From positions 23,624,001 through 23,688,000 of the forward strand of contig CM052818.1 of NCBI GenBank assembly GCA_028534125.1: a stretch of 64,000 nucleotides of DNA, read 5' to 3'. Both the position numbers and the translations under genes were made by a program. How positions within the stretch are numbered: position 1 is the first letter of the stretch; each line of letters opens with the position of its first letter. Under the pieces are notes generated by a model that worked only from the letters and a program-made list of their open reading frames with translations, made no database searches and was not told where the DNA came from. Source of the stretch: Lama glama. Lineage: Eukaryota. Shown here in pieces: positions 12,291 through 25,885 of this stretch.

Positions 12291-14771
12291 TTATAGTATT
12301 ATAATAGAATTAGCAACGTCTTATTAAGATGTCATTTTCTCCCATCATATTTTGTCTGAAGAAGTGACAGTTTTCCTTGTGGGGAGTGGGGTTTCCAAAA
12401 GATTAACCTGGAATACCGCAGGTGTTGCTTCACTTTGTAATAGCTGAGTCAATGTTTGAATACAAGTGCAAGTTTCCTGTATGGAATTACATTTTAGAAG
12501 TGTTTTGTACCCTTTTGTGTATTGGCATATTAGAAGAGTGAAACAGTACTTGGCAAGGTTTGACATCGAGGATACATCTGAAACATCCAGATAGTCTTTC
12601 TGTGGGTCCTTAGTTTTTGAAAACTGTAATTTATTCTTGTTGTTGTCTATTCATCTCTCTTTATAATACTGTTACTCCTTTGTCAGAGAGCCAACGTGCT
12701 CCCATGCTAGGCTGCAACACTTCCACACTTCTCTGTGGCCTCAGATTTCTACTCCTTTAAGGCACGTGCTCTTATTTCTTCTATGCTTTGGAAACAGCAT
12801 CTGCTCCTTTTTCTTAGCCTGACTCTGGTTTTCTCTGTTGCTGTCTGAGCAAGGTGTCTTACAGATTTGAATACATCCAGTGCTCATCAAAACTTGCCAC
12901 GCTCAATCAGTAAAGTTTGGTTTTTAGTTTTTCCTTCCTGTTAAAGGTATAAGGGATGCCCATAGCCCAGAAAACCATCTGATGGGGGATGCTAGCAGCT
13001 TTTTATTCTTTGCTGGACTCACTTTCCTTTGCTTTTGTCTGTGTCTGGGAGTCATTCCCTACACAGTTGGACCTCATCAACCTAGTAGGTGCAGTGACTT
13101 CCCACCCTCTTTCACTGCGATGGCTACACTAGGTTGCTGTGAAGTGGAAGACTGGATTTGAACTCTTGGCCTGTACCCTATTGTACAGTTTTCTGTAAAT
13201 TGAAATTTGGATTGAAAAATGGATGTGAAAAAGCTTTGTACACATTGTGGAAGTTAAATTGTAAAAATGGAATGCAAGGTTGATAATATTGAGGGTGACA
13301 GTGATGATTCTGTGATGACACTGCTGGTCAGAACCATCTAGAGAAATCTGCATTAAACTTACTTTCTGCTTCCTAGGAAGAATAGTTCTGACTTCATCTT
13401 AGCTGTTCTCTCCTACTGCCTCCTATCTTTTTTTGTGGTATGTCATCCATGGCATTTTCATGGGATCTACATGAGACAGAAGTTAATATGATTTCAGAAC
13501 AGCTGGTTTCTGGGTCAGCTTTGATATATCATATCTAGTAAGCCTCCAAAATAATATTGGAAATATGTTTATATTGATTTTTAAAGGACAGAGCAAAATG
13601 AGAGTAATTATTTAATAGATCCAACACTGTTGACGAGGAAAACGGTACATAGCTAGTTCACGTTGACCTTGATTCCCACTGAGATGAAGAGAGGACATGT
13701 AAATGTATTTGAGAACAACCCATTTTCATGTTGATGAAAGGTTATGAACCTCATAAATGGATTTCATGTTAGACTTTACATATGTAATTATAAGTAATGT
13801 TAATAATTTTGTCTTTTGGGAGCAAAACCTTACTTATCAAGCCCCTGCTTTGTACAGGGTAATGAGCTTGGTGTTTTAATCTGAACAAATATTTAAGATG
13901 AGCATACTTATGCCTGTTAGGTTCTAGATGGGGAGATCAAAATGCAGGTTAGCACTTTGTGCAAGACGTCTACACAGTTTATGTACCCGGATCTATCTTG
14001 GGCTGTGCTTCTCCCATCATGCTTATCTTTAAATATAAGAAACAATGGTTAGAATATAAAGCAACAGGGGTGGAAATGCTACGTTGAATGAAGTGAGAAG
14101 AAACTCCTTCCATAAAGCCAAAAATAATAGGACAATAAATCTCAAACCAAAATGATATACAGATGTCTTTTTAAGGAAAATTTAACTTAGGGAACTCCAG
14201 CATTGACTTAAATTATTTGGATAATGTTACAAATGCACAAGACAAAACTAGGTATAAGTTCCTGACGTTTATAGTTCTCATTCCACTTAAAACCAAAACT
14301 ACAAACGTATAGCTTAAGTACTAACAACGTTAAACTTAAGTTATAAACCAGTAACACCCAATTTAGAAACATTATATAATGTGTTTTGTGGAACTCACAT
14401 TGCTATTTGAAATGAGGATATGATATCAACTACCCAGTCTCATGTTCTTTTATGTTCAGACCCACATATTTTATATTGACTCATTTCTCTCATCCCTTTT
14501 TTCCATTTGGAGGTTTGTGAGCTATTATTTCCTACATCATGCTGTGATGTTACTCATCCTTCACTTGTCATCAATGCATTCTTTGGTGTATGAAGCACAT
14601 TCTATTTTTAATTTTTTTATAACAATACATGTTTATAGTTTAAAAGGACAGATGAATTATAAAGATTACAAGAAAAATGCAACTGCTGTTACCCTCCTCC
14701 CACTCCTGAGACCCGGTTCCAAATCACTTTCAACTGTATTTTAGCTGTTTTCAATCTTGCTCTTTACCTCG

Positions 14772-15190
14772 TATGGCAGAGACTGCAAGCTGCCCACACA
14801 ATGTCCATTCTCCTTCACTTTTTTTTTAACTAATGAAATCTCAGTTTTATTAAAGTTGACAATACATTCAGCTTAAAAATTGTGGCTGTTTCTTGCAGAA
14901 AAGAATGGCCATTTCATTGTCAGAACAATTAGTTTCAAAATTTGTTTTGCCTGCCTTTTGCTTTTTACCTTTTGGGATGCAGGTGTGATGGCTAAAGCTG
15001 CAGTAATCACTGCATGACTGACCTCAGAGAAGGGCTAGAGTATCACAGAAATCTTGGCCCTGACATTTTTGAGCCACTGTCCAGGGCTGGACTGGCTGCC
15101 TCTGGATTTCTTGTTATGTGAGCAAAACCCCAAACCCCACTTGTTTAAGCCCCTGGTAATTGCAGAATTATATCTCAAATCAATTAATAG
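14772..15190 (+). mobile_element. MLT1J/K-like MaLR LTR
   Basis: TATGGCAGAGACTGC start, GATGGCTAAAGCTGCAG, TCTGGATTTCTTGTTATGTGAG, TTGTTTAAGCC. Confidence 0.75.
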
Positions 15191-15199
15191 ATAATTAAA

Positions 15200-16440
15200 T
15201 CTATTTCTAAATCTGTTTAATCATTTCTAGGTAGCATATTTATCCTATTATGTCTTGACTTATCAAACTTAGACATTGCTTACTTAGATCCTAGTATGGC
15301 AGATTTGAAGCTGTTTTTCTATCCCGTCACACTACATCAGTTTATTTCATTTTTTCCAGTGTTTTGATATCAAACTATTTGTTTACATCAATTTTCAGTA
15401 CTTAAACACATGATTTAAAGAACAATAGCAGTCCTTATTCAGTCCTGAGCCAAATGATATACTATGACAGTGTTTATTTTTAAAATAATTTTCTGTTTTT
15501 TTTCCTGAAATAATAATTGCTTTGTATAATTGGTTCCTTCTTATTCTATTTCCTTATCACTAATTCTTCCTAATGTCTCCAACAGAATATTATTTTGTAT
15601 ACAGTCATGTAAGTAATCAATCAGTTCAAGTTTTCTTATTTTTTTCCTGGAGACATCCTTCAGGAAGACTTCATCTTCCTGCCTCAGTCTGAACTGTGTA
15701 CCTGCTGGCCTCTGCCTGTGGGTCCCACGTGTTGTTCTCCTTTGCTTTGGTGAAGCACATCCTTCAGTAGCTTACTGAGAAAGGATATGGAAAAGTTTAC
15801 TTAGCTGAAAATATCTTTATCCTAATCTCACACCAGTTGATGGTTGCCTGTATTTAATTCCAAGTTGAATAAAGAGTGTTTTACTCAAATCTGAAGCATT
15901 TTCATAGACTTTGAGTGGTTAGGTCTGCTGTTGAGAAGCCTTTATACATTAAAAGGTAACCTCTTTTGACCCTTCACCCTGGTTTCCTACATTTCTGATC
16001 CTTTACATGAAATGTTTTTTATTCTTTGTGACTCCCTGAAACATTCTAATATTCTTGTGTATTTTCTTTTGTTGTATATCTTTTTGTCTTTTAGTTTCCT
16101 TTCTAGGAGTTTTTGTTTTTTCTCATATTTGGCCTCTTTGGTTGACTTTTCCCCACTCTTAGCTCCCAAGATGTCTTTACAGTTCTGATGAACCTCTTTT
16201 AGATATAATACTGTTTTTATTACATACAATGTCATACATTATGACCCTTAGCATATTAATTCTACTTTTTGAAGTCTTGCTTGATTTGTGTACTGTTTTT
16301 ATTTGATGCTTTAAACCTCTTTGATGTTGAAAGTTTTCCTCAAATGACTAGTGTCCTTGGTGGCTTATTCATAGTTAAGACTGAGGCATTAATAAATGAT
16401 TAAATGCTCCATGTATGATCAGAAATTGTCAAGTTGTGGA
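15200..16440 (-). mobile_element. Highly decayed L1/HAL1-like sequence
   Basis: T-rich with antisense ORF1-type motifs (CTGAAAATATCTTTAT, TGCTGTTGAGAAG, CCCTGAAACATTCTAA). Confidence 0.5.
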
Positions 16441-16453
16441 CTTCAATTTAGGG

Positions 16454-16678
16454 CAGAGTTTCTAAATCTCAGTGTTATTAACCATCCTGAGCTGGACAGT
16501 TCTTAGTCAGAAGGCTGGGGGAGAGGCTGCTCTGTGCATTGTAGGAAGCTCAGTATCATCCTTATTTTCTGCCCACTAGGTGTCAGTAGCCCTCCTTCTG
16601 GTTGTAACAACCAAAAATGTCTGCATATATTTCCAAATGTCTTTGAGGGAACAACATCGTCACAACTGAGAAGCATCG
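16454..16678 (+). mobile_element. MER20 hAT-Charlie DNA transposon (non-autonomous)
   Basis: CAGAGTTTCTAAATCT..TGTGCATTGTAGGA..ACAACCAAAAATGTCT..ACTGAGAAGCATCG, full length ~220 bp. Confidence 0.9.
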
Positions 16679-16799
16679 CTATGGAATGCTTACGTAGGAA
16701 CCTGGTCATTTGGCCTATCTGCGTATTTTGTTGTTTGACGTCTGAATGTCAGCTTCTGTAGCTATATTAGTCAGCGTTTTTCTGGAGAAATAGAACCTA

Positions 16800-17290
16800 A
16801 GGAATCTACTGCAAAACGATTAGAAGTAATAAGTGAGTTAGCATGCTTGCTAGATATGAGATTAATGTAAATATCAGTTGTATTTCTCTTTGATAGCAAA
16901 AATTATCAAAAATGAGAAAAAGCTGCTTATAGTAGAATCAAAAATGATGAAATAACTTATTTTAGGTGAGAGAAATTAAAGACTAAATAAATTGAGAGAG
17001 ATGCCGTATTTGTGAGTTTAGAGATTTAATATTAAGACTTAATGTTAAGATGTGGATTCTCCCCAAATTGATTAATTAGTAGATTCAATTTAATTCCAAA
17101 CAAAATCCCAACAGGCTTAATTATAGAAATTAACAAGCTAGTTCTAAAATTCATATGAAAATGCAAAAACAATAGAAACACTGAAACAACTTTGAAAAAG
17201 AACACCAAAGTCATAGGACTTAACAATACTTGACTTCAAGACTTATGAACTATAGTCATCAAGATAGTGTGGCATTGGTGTCAAGACAGA
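16800..17290 (+). mobile_element. Old L1 ORF2 fragment (post-RT region)
   Basis: TTCTCCCCAAATTGA, CAAAATCCCAACAGG, CTAAAATTCATATGAAAATGCAAA, GACTTCAAGACTTA, AGATAGTGTGGCATTGG. Confidence 0.85.
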
Positions 17291-17294
17291 CAAG

Positions 17295-19100
17295 GCAAAA
17301 AATGAGGAAAGTTTAAAAAAGAGTTAGAAAATTAAAGAATAATCAAACAGAGCTGAGGAATATAGTAACAACTTTATATAATGATAAAGGAATCACTCTA
17401 ACAAGAAGATACTATAGTTGTAAATATATATGCACCCACCATTGGAGCTCTTAAATACATGAAGCAAACATTAACAGACGTAAATGGAGAAATCGATTGT
17501 GATGATAATGGCAGGGAGCAGTAATACTTCACTTACATCAAGATAGGGAATCAATAAGGGAACACTGGCTACTAAACAACTAATGAGTCTCTGAAGAAAT
17601 CAAAGATGACATTAAAAAATAACTGGAGACAAATGAAGGTAAAAAACAATGATCCAATAGCTGTAGGATGCAGCAAAAGCAATTTTAAGAGGGAAGCTTA
17701 TAGCAATACAAGCCTACCTCAAGAATAAAAATTCTCAATCTAACCTACACCTAAAGGAACTAGAAAAAGAACAAACAAAACCCAACATTAGTAAAAGGAA
17801 TGAAACAATAAAAATTAGAGCAGAAATAAATGAAACAGAGACTAAAAAATCAATAGAAAAGATCAATGATCCGGTTCTTTGAAAAGATAAACAAAGTTGA
17901 TAAACCTTTAGCCAGACTCACCACGAAAAAGAGAGAGGGCCAAATAAATAAAGTCAGAGATAAAAAGGAGAAGTTACAACCAACACCACAGAAATACAAA
18001 CAATCATAAGAAATTACTGCAAACAATTATACACCAATAAATGGACAACCTAGAAGAAATGGATAAATTCCTGGAAATGTAAAAATTCCCAAGACTGAAT
18101 CAGAAAGAAATAGAAAATATCAGTGGACAAATTAGCAGTAATGAAATTGAATCAATAATAAAAATAAAACTCCCAACAAAGGAAAGTCCAGGATGATACA
18201 GCTTTACAGATGCTATCTGCCAAACATTTAGAAAAGATTTAACGCCTATCCTTCTGAAACTATTCCAAATAATGAAGTCGAAGGAATGCTTTCTGAACTC
18301 ATTCCATAGAATGAGTCTAATAAGACCAGCTCTACCCTAATGCCAAAACTAGACAGACACCACAGAAAAATAAAATTACAGGCCAATATCCTTGATGAAC
18401 ATATATGCAAAAATCCTCAACAAAATATTAGGAAATGGAATTCAACAATATATTAAAAGCATCATACACCATGAACAAGTAGAACAATTTCCAGGGACAC
18501 AGGAATGATTTAGTCAATCACTATACAAATCAATCCGTGCAGAGCATCAGATAAACAAGTTGAAGAATAAAAATGATACAGTCATCTCAATAGATGCAGA
18601 AAAAGCTTTTGACAAAATTTAAAATTCTTTATGATAAAAACTCCCAAGGAAGGGGGTATAGAGGGAATATGCCTCAACATAATAAAGGGTATAAATGGCA
18701 GACCTACAGCCATCATCATACTCACTGGTGAAAAACTGAAAACATGTCCTCTAAGTTCAGGAACAAGACAAGGATGCACACACTCACCACTTTTATTCAA
18801 CATAGTACTGGAAGTTCTAGCCACAACAATCAGAGGAGAAAAAGAAATAAAAAGAATGTAAATCGTAAGGGAAGAAGTACAAGTGCCATTGTTTGCAGAT
18901 GATCTAATACTATGTATGGAAAATACACCACTGAAAAACTGTTAGACCTCATCAACAAATTCAGTGAAGTCGTGGGATACAAAATTGATATATAGAAATC
19001 TGTTGCATTTCTATACGCTAATAATGAAGTATCAGGAAAAGAAATTAAGAAAGCAGTCCCATTTACAATTGTATCACAATGAATAAAGTACCTAGTACAA
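17295..19100 (+). mobile_element. L1 ORF2 (endonuclease part, linker, reverse transcriptase) with internal deletions; pseudogenised
   Basis: AATATATATGCACCC (NIYAP), TACAGGCCAATATCCTTGATGAAC (YRPISLMN), ORF 18631-18861 [32 protein letters not shown] (FADD). Confidence 0.95.
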
Positions 19101-20361
19101 CAGAGGTAGTAGCATTCCAAAGTGTAGCCTCAGTAATCTTAGTTTTACTGACAAGGTAGATAATTTAGCATCTGTTAGAGTTAAATTTGGGGATATTAAT
19201 TGGAGTCACTATTTGGTATAAAATTCCTCGAATATATAAGTTTTACAATTTTGATTCCCCCCCACCTTTATCTTATTTTACCTGAATATACATATTCTTA
19301 GCTCAGTTACTAGCATAAATCTTTAATAAATAAAACTACATTTGTGTTAAAACATCACACAACTTGACCCTTTATCTTATTTGTCCCAATATTTTTTATT
19401 GCCCAAGGCGAGGAGAGGGTGGTTTTGGTGAAATACTAATGCAATTCTTGCTATAAAAGATGCAAACCTATAGCTGTGGAGGGCCTCTTGGAGACAGTTC
19501 CTTGGTCCTGGTCCACCACACTGTGATGGTCCACTACTGGAGATGATCCAATGGCATTGATCTATAGGACTGGGAAAGGGTCAGGATACAAAAGGTTTCC
19601 CAGAATTATTTAATTAACTCATACATGTGATAATGCTAATAAATTCAAGGAAGAACCATGTATCTGATTTCTTTTAACCACAATCTATAGACTGTCATTT
19701 TAAATTTATGCCTTATCTAAGTAGTATCTGAGATTTGACCAGGGTGGAGGCAGTTAAACTGTCATAATGGGGAACACTAAGGGCAATTCTATGAGGCTCC
19801 TGAAGAATGGTCTGAGAACATCATTGCTGTTGATGGAATAATCTTCAAGGGGCACTTCAGGAACATTTCTCTTGTGTCGGGTCTCCAAATAGTCTTTCCA
19901 CAGTTGAATAATTCCTGATTGTCTCTCTCCCCAAATCAAAAACAAACAAAAAGCCCCACGGAATTGTTTAAATTTCCTTCTACTTAATCATTCTCTGTGG
20001 CAAACTGACTTTCCCTGGCTTAACATCCTGTATTTTGACTTAATAGTCTATACTTATATGCATAGCCTTTTAGTGATTGCTAATTTTATATTTCCTAAAT
20101 ATGCTGTATTAGACCCTCTATGAAATGAAACTTCTTATTAAGAAAAAAAAAAGCTGCCAAAATGTTTATACAAATAGCCATGCTAAGCAGGTTATGGAGA
20201 TGGGCTTAGATGGGCTTGAACATAGAGTGAAAAAATGTTTACTTGCTTAGTAGGTAAGCAGAGTGGCATGCTTTGATAGTCATTGTGTTTATCATGAAAC
20301 TCAGTCTGAAATTTTATCACCTTTTGAAACAAGGGTAAGTCTGAAAATGTCTTGTAAATAT

Positions 20362-20861
20362 NNNNNNNNNNNNNNNNNNNNNNNNNNNNNNNNNNNNNNN
20401 NNNNNNNNNNNNNNNNNNNNNNNNNNNNNNNNNNNNNNNNNNNNNNNNNNNNNNNNNNNNNNNNNNNNNNNNNNNNNNNNNNNNNNNNNNNNNNNNNNNN
20501 NNNNNNNNNNNNNNNNNNNNNNNNNNNNNNNNNNNNNNNNNNNNNNNNNNNNNNNNNNNNNNNNNNNNNNNNNNNNNNNNNNNNNNNNNNNNNNNNNNNN
20601 NNNNNNNNNNNNNNNNNNNNNNNNNNNNNNNNNNNNNNNNNNNNNNNNNNNNNNNNNNNNNNNNNNNNNNNNNNNNNNNNNNNNNNNNNNNNNNNNNNNN
20701 NNNNNNNNNNNNNNNNNNNNNNNNNNNNNNNNNNNNNNNNNNNNNNNNNNNNNNNNNNNNNNNNNNNNNNNNNNNNNNNNNNNNNNNNNNNNNNNNNNNN
20801 NNNNNNNNNNNNNNNNNNNNNNNNNNNNNNNNNNNNNNNNNNNNNNNNNNNNNNNNNNNNN
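20362..20861. other. Assembly gap (500 N)
   Basis: Run of exactly 500 N, probably a placeholder size; contiguity and orientation across it are unverified. Confidence 0.99.
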
Positions 20862-22446
20862 TGTGTTCTAGAACTGACTAATCTAGAAGCATAGGTTTGT
20901 CACTGTTTCAATGAGAAATTATATTTTTTGTTTCCTTCCATCCAGTGTTCACATGTATATATTATATACATATAATTATATATTAACAAAACATCTATTT
21001 ATATTTAACGTTTATATTCATATCTATATTTACAGATATGTCTCTGAAAATTCAAAAAAGTAAGTAAAATTATCAGAATATTTTTCTTATATTTTAAGTG
21101 TGAAAATACAGGCTAAAATACTTAGATATTTTAAAACCGATTAAATGACTGCAAAAGGCAAAAATCATTATGCTTTGATTTCCTGCAGCTGCTGCTACAA
21201 TGATAAGGCTTAAATGGGCAAAAAAAGGGGATGAATTTCTGTAAATTTGTGCTAGACCCACCAATCCCTTCGCTGACTACTAGGCAGCGTTAGCCCTGAC
21301 AGGGTGGAAACTGAGTTCTCTCTGGAAAATGTGATCTTAATTAAACAGTAAAATTTTAGAGGAGTAGATAATGCCTCACTCCATATGGACAAACTTTACA
21401 GAATTTTTTTTTTTGAAATTAATGCTTTTTGTCTATGAGAAGAGCTGATGTCATCATTCTGGGTGTCCTTTTTTTCCAATAATTCAGGAAAGATTTAGGA
21501 AGTATCTACAAGCTGCAAGGCCTACAGAAATCTAAAGCTGCATAAGAATGTTCCAGGACCTGCAGGAACACCCAGACCTCACAGTTTAGAAGGCAGGGCA
21601 TTCAGTCCACCCATTTCTAATGAAATTTCTCAGGTACCTAAAGAGTTGAGGTGCATGAGTGCTAAATATCACCACACAGTATCTAAAAAAAATCAGAACT
21701 TTGAGAAAAACAAAAACAACATAAAAATTATAGTGGGTTCTTTATCTTTGCCTATAAGGAGGACAACATATAAGGGATTTAATAGAAGCAGGTGGGAACT
21801 CTAAACTCATCCGTTGGGAAAAGATCCCATTAACAAGTGTATCAAACCCCTCCCAGAAATTCAAGGTTGCTTGACAGTGAATACTTTCTTATTCAACCTA
21901 GTGTCTCTGATATCATCAGAAATGTGGGAGAGGGAGCAGGGATATGCAGAGTATGTTGGGGATCCTATTTGCTCCTACTTGATGTTTGATATTTCTGGGG
22001 TTGACTGGGTAGCTGGGGTCTAGAATCCACCTACAGATGCAATGGAATTGTCTATTACTGTCTGCTCTTTCCCGAAACTCTCGGCTGCTTTTGCCTTCGA
22101 TCCTCACTCCTGCTATTGGAGTGGTATTTTGAACACTTAAGATGTGTAGACCAAGATCAAACAAAAAACCACACCTGCTTAGAGACTGGTGCAGTGGGAA
22201 GAGGAACTCCAGATAGGAAGTGTTCCATCGGCTACTGACATGGTGACTCAGAGTTTCTCTTTCCCTTGGATGTCTTTGATTTGGAAGTCAGCTCCTTCAA
22301 CAGTACTGGCTTTCTTCCTTTACAACTTAGACCATGTTATATACTAAACTCTTAGCTAGTGGATAAAAATCTATGTCTATAGTTCTTGACCTATCAAGAA
22401 TATAACATAATGAGTATATTAAATGAAACAAGGGTATGGAAAGCAT

Positions 22447-22590
22447 TCCTTCTTCCTCCCTCTCTTTCTCTCTCCCTTCATACCTTTCTTCCTCTCTCCC
22501 TTCCCATCCCTTCCCTACCTTTCTTCCTCTTGCCTTTCTTCCCTCTCTCCCCCACTTCTTTCCTCTCATCTCTCATCTATTTCCTGCCTC
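22447..22590. repeat. CT-rich low-complexity polypyrimidine tract
   Basis: Almost exclusively C/T (TTCC/CTCT motifs). Confidence 0.9.
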
Positions 22591-22642
22591 TATTAGGTTA
22601 GGTAGGGACAATTTAACTATTCAACAGACTATGAATAACATT

Positions 22643-23155
22643 TGTTCTAATTATCTATTGCTGTTTAACAAATCACACAAAACTTAGTGGGTTAAAATAA
22701 CATCATTTATATTGTTCATGAGCCTGCAGTTTGGACTGGAATCACTAGAAAAGGCACACCTGTTCACAGTCCATCATCTGGGGTGGCTTGATTCGGGGCG
22801 TGAGTATGTGCTTTCAAGATGGCTTACTCACTTGACTGGGAAGTTGATGCTGGTTGTTGCCAGGCTGGGACCCCAGCTCCCCTCCTTGAGCGCCTCTCCG
22901 TATGGCTTAGTCTCCTTCCCTCCATGGTGGGCAAGCTTCTAGGGGAGTTATTTTCATAGAGTCAGTCAGGTGGAAGCTGCACCACCTTTAATGACCTAAC
23001 CTCGGAAGTCATATAGAATTATTTTCCACTCTACTCCATCAGTTGAGGCAGTCACAAATGTCCACTCTGGTTTAAGGGGACAAGGACTTCTCTTCTTGAT
23101 GAGGGAATGATAAAGATCTCAGCGAGCACATGGGATGGAAGACATTGCTGTAGCC
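22643..23155 (-). mobile_element. MLT1 (F/G/H-like) MaLR solo LTR
   Basis: TATTGCTGTTTAACAAATCACACAAAACTTAGTGGGTTAAAATAAC, TTCAAGATGGCTTACTCAC, TAATGACCTAACCTCGGAAGTCA. Confidence 0.85.
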
Positions 23156-23164
23156 AGAGGAGGA

Positions 23165-23365
23165 CACATTTCCCAGCCTCAAGCAGGGGCTTCAGACAAG
23201 TGAGCAATTGCCCATGATACTGTGTCATCATAGGACAGGGAGGACAGGGCTCTATGGAAACCCAACACTGAAGACTTCCTGGAGGAAGTGACAGCCAAAC
23301 TGAGATCTAGAAGATGAGTACAGTAAGAAGTTTAAGTTGGAATGGAAGGGGAAAATGTTTCAGCG
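23165..23365 (-). mobile_element. L2 fragment
   Basis: GAAGACTTCCTGGAGGAAGTGACAGCCAAACTGAGATCTAGAAGATGAGTA. Confidence 0.7.
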
Positions 23366-23484
23366 GTTTGTTTACTGCCAGGATAATATCTTTCTGCTAC
23401 AATCTTGCCAGAGTTTTAAATTCTGACTCTTGGAGAAATGCTCATGCCCCTGTAGACAGTAGTAATTCTGTATGGAAACTCACC

Positions 23485-23870
23485 TTAGTTGAGTACCTCT
23501 CATGAGTCAGACATTGTGATACTTGGTTTCATTATATTCTTTATTTAAACTTTATGAAAATTTTACAAGGAAGGTATTACCCTCTTTTGTATAGTTGAGG
23601 AATGAGGCTTAAATTTGAATTCGTTGATACATGGTCTAAACCAAGGCCTCCGGACTTCTAACATCTTCAAGTATCCCACACTCACCTCACTTTAAGAAAT
23701 ATGTGTACCCCTCGAGGATTAACGTGCTAATAGCCACAATAATACCAATGATAATAAAAATAATAGCTAATACTTATTAAATGCCAACTATATGTCAGAT
23801 GCTGTTCTTTGTACTTGGGATGTATAAACTCATTTATCAATTCTGTGTGAATAACTTATCAGACACTTTA
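23485..23870 (-). mobile_element. Two MIR fragments
   Basis: TTGAGTACCT...GGTATTACCCTCTTTTGTATAGTTGAGGAATGAGGCT, and ATAATAGCTAATACTTATT..TATGTCAGATGCTGTTCT. Confidence 0.65.
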
Positions 23871-24367
23871 CTGAAAGCACATTTTGAGTTTAGTGGTTAG
23901 ACGGAGAAAGATGGGAGCAGTGCACACCTAGGGCAAGTGGACAAGGAGGGAGAATAGGGATTTGGTGGCACTGGTGGGATAACAAGGCACAGGGAGAGGA
24001 GTGGGGATGCATCCAAACATATAGTGTCCATGTTACAGTTTTGCTTAGGGGGTAACTGTTTAGAGGGTCATAATGAACTTAGCATCCATGGTAGCCAAAA
24101 GCAGCCATCTCAAGTTTGCAGCAGTAGCCATCCTGATAAAGCAGTGTTCTTAGGAGGAGGGTGCAGGGGCACAGTGCAGAATGAGGGTGTGTGAAAGTCC
24201 CCTGCAGCTGATCCAGGTCCTAAGTGTGATTAATTTTCTTTCTAAGTTCAGCACAATGTTCTGATGTCTGAATTATTGGCTATCTGGCACTTTAACCCCC
24301 TGACCAGACAATAAGGGGCTTGCACAGTCGTCCAGAAAGTCAATAACGGCTTACCCTTTTCCCTGGC

Positions 24368-24528
24368 TAGGATCAGCAACATAATTTGTGGAGCCCAGTG
24401 CAAAATAAAAAATGTGAGGGCCCCTTGTTCAAAATGTATCAAGATCTGCAGGACAGCGATAATAGAGCTTTAAACCAAGCTTGCGACTCTGTACAAACAC
24501 AGGCCACATACTCGTGGAGCTGTTCCTA
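24368..24528 (-). mobile_element. MER45A hAT-Tip100 DNA transposon
   Basis: ACATAATTTGTGGAGCCCAGTGCAAAATAAAAATGTGAGGGCCCCTTGTTCAAAA matches MER45A. Flanked by imperfect 8-bp repeat TCCCTGGC/CCCCTGTC. Confidence 0.88.
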
Positions 24529-25639
24529 CCCCTGTCCTTGGCAGACTGCACATACCACAGACGTCATGTGTGTCTCAGTTGTACGTGGGTTCTGGGTGCG
24601 AGGTTCACCTGTGAATCTGAGTCTGTGTGCCCACCTCAGTACCCTATAGCACCTGTCTTCTGAGAACAGGTACCGCATCAATCCTTGGGACTGTTTGCCA
24701 CGGTAAACCTCTTTTAAATTAAATGTATCACTTTTCTTCCAGTGTTCTGACACCCCAAGTTATTTGGAAAGATTTATCGTACTGGGGGACCTGGCTTAAT
24801 AGTATATTTCTCACAGCAGGTAGAAATACAGCACCCCAGCAAGCTGGGTATAGGGCGGCATGTGAATTGCTGATGGCTTGAAACCTTCCACTCCTTTAAA
24901 TTTTGCTGATCATCAGGCTCCATTATCAGAGCTAGCTACTATTAGCTATGCATTACAGCTCACACTTCTTCATTTGGATGACCGCTTGCCAGGTGACCTC
25001 TGCAGTAGTAAAAAAAAAAAAAATTTTTTTTTGTTGACTTCAGAGCTAATTTAAAATAAAAGTGTACTTGGACTTTTAATCAGACCAGAGATTGGGGAGT
25101 ACAATGAATGGGATATAAAGAAATAGACTCCGTATCAGAACTTTCCTTCTTAGGGACACATACTGTGTTCAGTTTATTTAAAGTGGTTACCTGCCTGAGT
25201 CTTATTTCCCACACAACTTGTTTAAATATAGCAGGGTACAAAATAACGAGTGCCTAATTACAATTTCAACGGCCAACCTTGCGTAATGTCTCTGATCATT
25301 TAATCGGTATTCTTCTTGCTTTTCAACTAGATTAGACATTTCTCAAGCACCATGTTTTATAAGAACTTGTTTTCTTAATATAATAGAATGTTAGAGTTGA
25401 ATTACTTGAGAGGTTCTATCTTTCTGTTCTATCCAAGAAACATGGGTAGAGTTGGTTTTCCATAAAAGGGTTGTGATAAATATTGGGTTACCAAAATGCG
25501 TAGCTCCTGATTCCTCTCACCTCTCAGAAAACTGACAGTCCAGTGAGGGGAAAAGAGCAAAACCCAGAGTCAAAATAGGAGAAAGGGCCTGCTCTGATCT
25601 GAATGAAGTATAATGGGAACTAAAGGAAGACTAATGGAT

Positions 25640-25885
25640 GATTTAATTAATTCAGTTATAATTATTCAGCTCCCACTCTATGCCTGGCATTTTACCAAGT
25701 ATAGAGGATAAAGCAGTAAAAAAGATACACACCATCCCATCCTTGTTGGGGGAGAATGTTAGCAAACAAATTTTCCTGAGAGAATGAGAAGCCTTCATGC
25801 AGGAGATAAGGGTTGAACTGGGTCTTCAAGCTTAAATAGATGCACTGGGACAGCAGGGGCAGGAAAACAGGAACAAAGTACAGAG
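25640..25885 (-). mobile_element. L2 3' fragment
   Basis: CCCACTCTATGCCTGGCATTTTACCAAGTATAGAGGATAAAGCAGT; AGAAGCCTTCATGCAGGAG..TTGAACTGGGTCTT. Confidence 0.65.

Noticed and set aside
17295..19100. Reverse transcriptase motifs as a novel RT system (also 46064-46809)
   Set aside because: Ordinary L1 ORF2 remnants with many stops and frameshifts.
20263..20871. 202-aa ORF
   Set aside because: Artefact of translating the 500-N gap.
22327..22687. Low-complexity ORFs on both strands
   Set aside because: Products of the CT-rich tract.
25010..25032. A-run/T-run palindrome (also ~63464-63480)
   Set aside because: Common homopolymer juxtaposition in AT-rich DNA.
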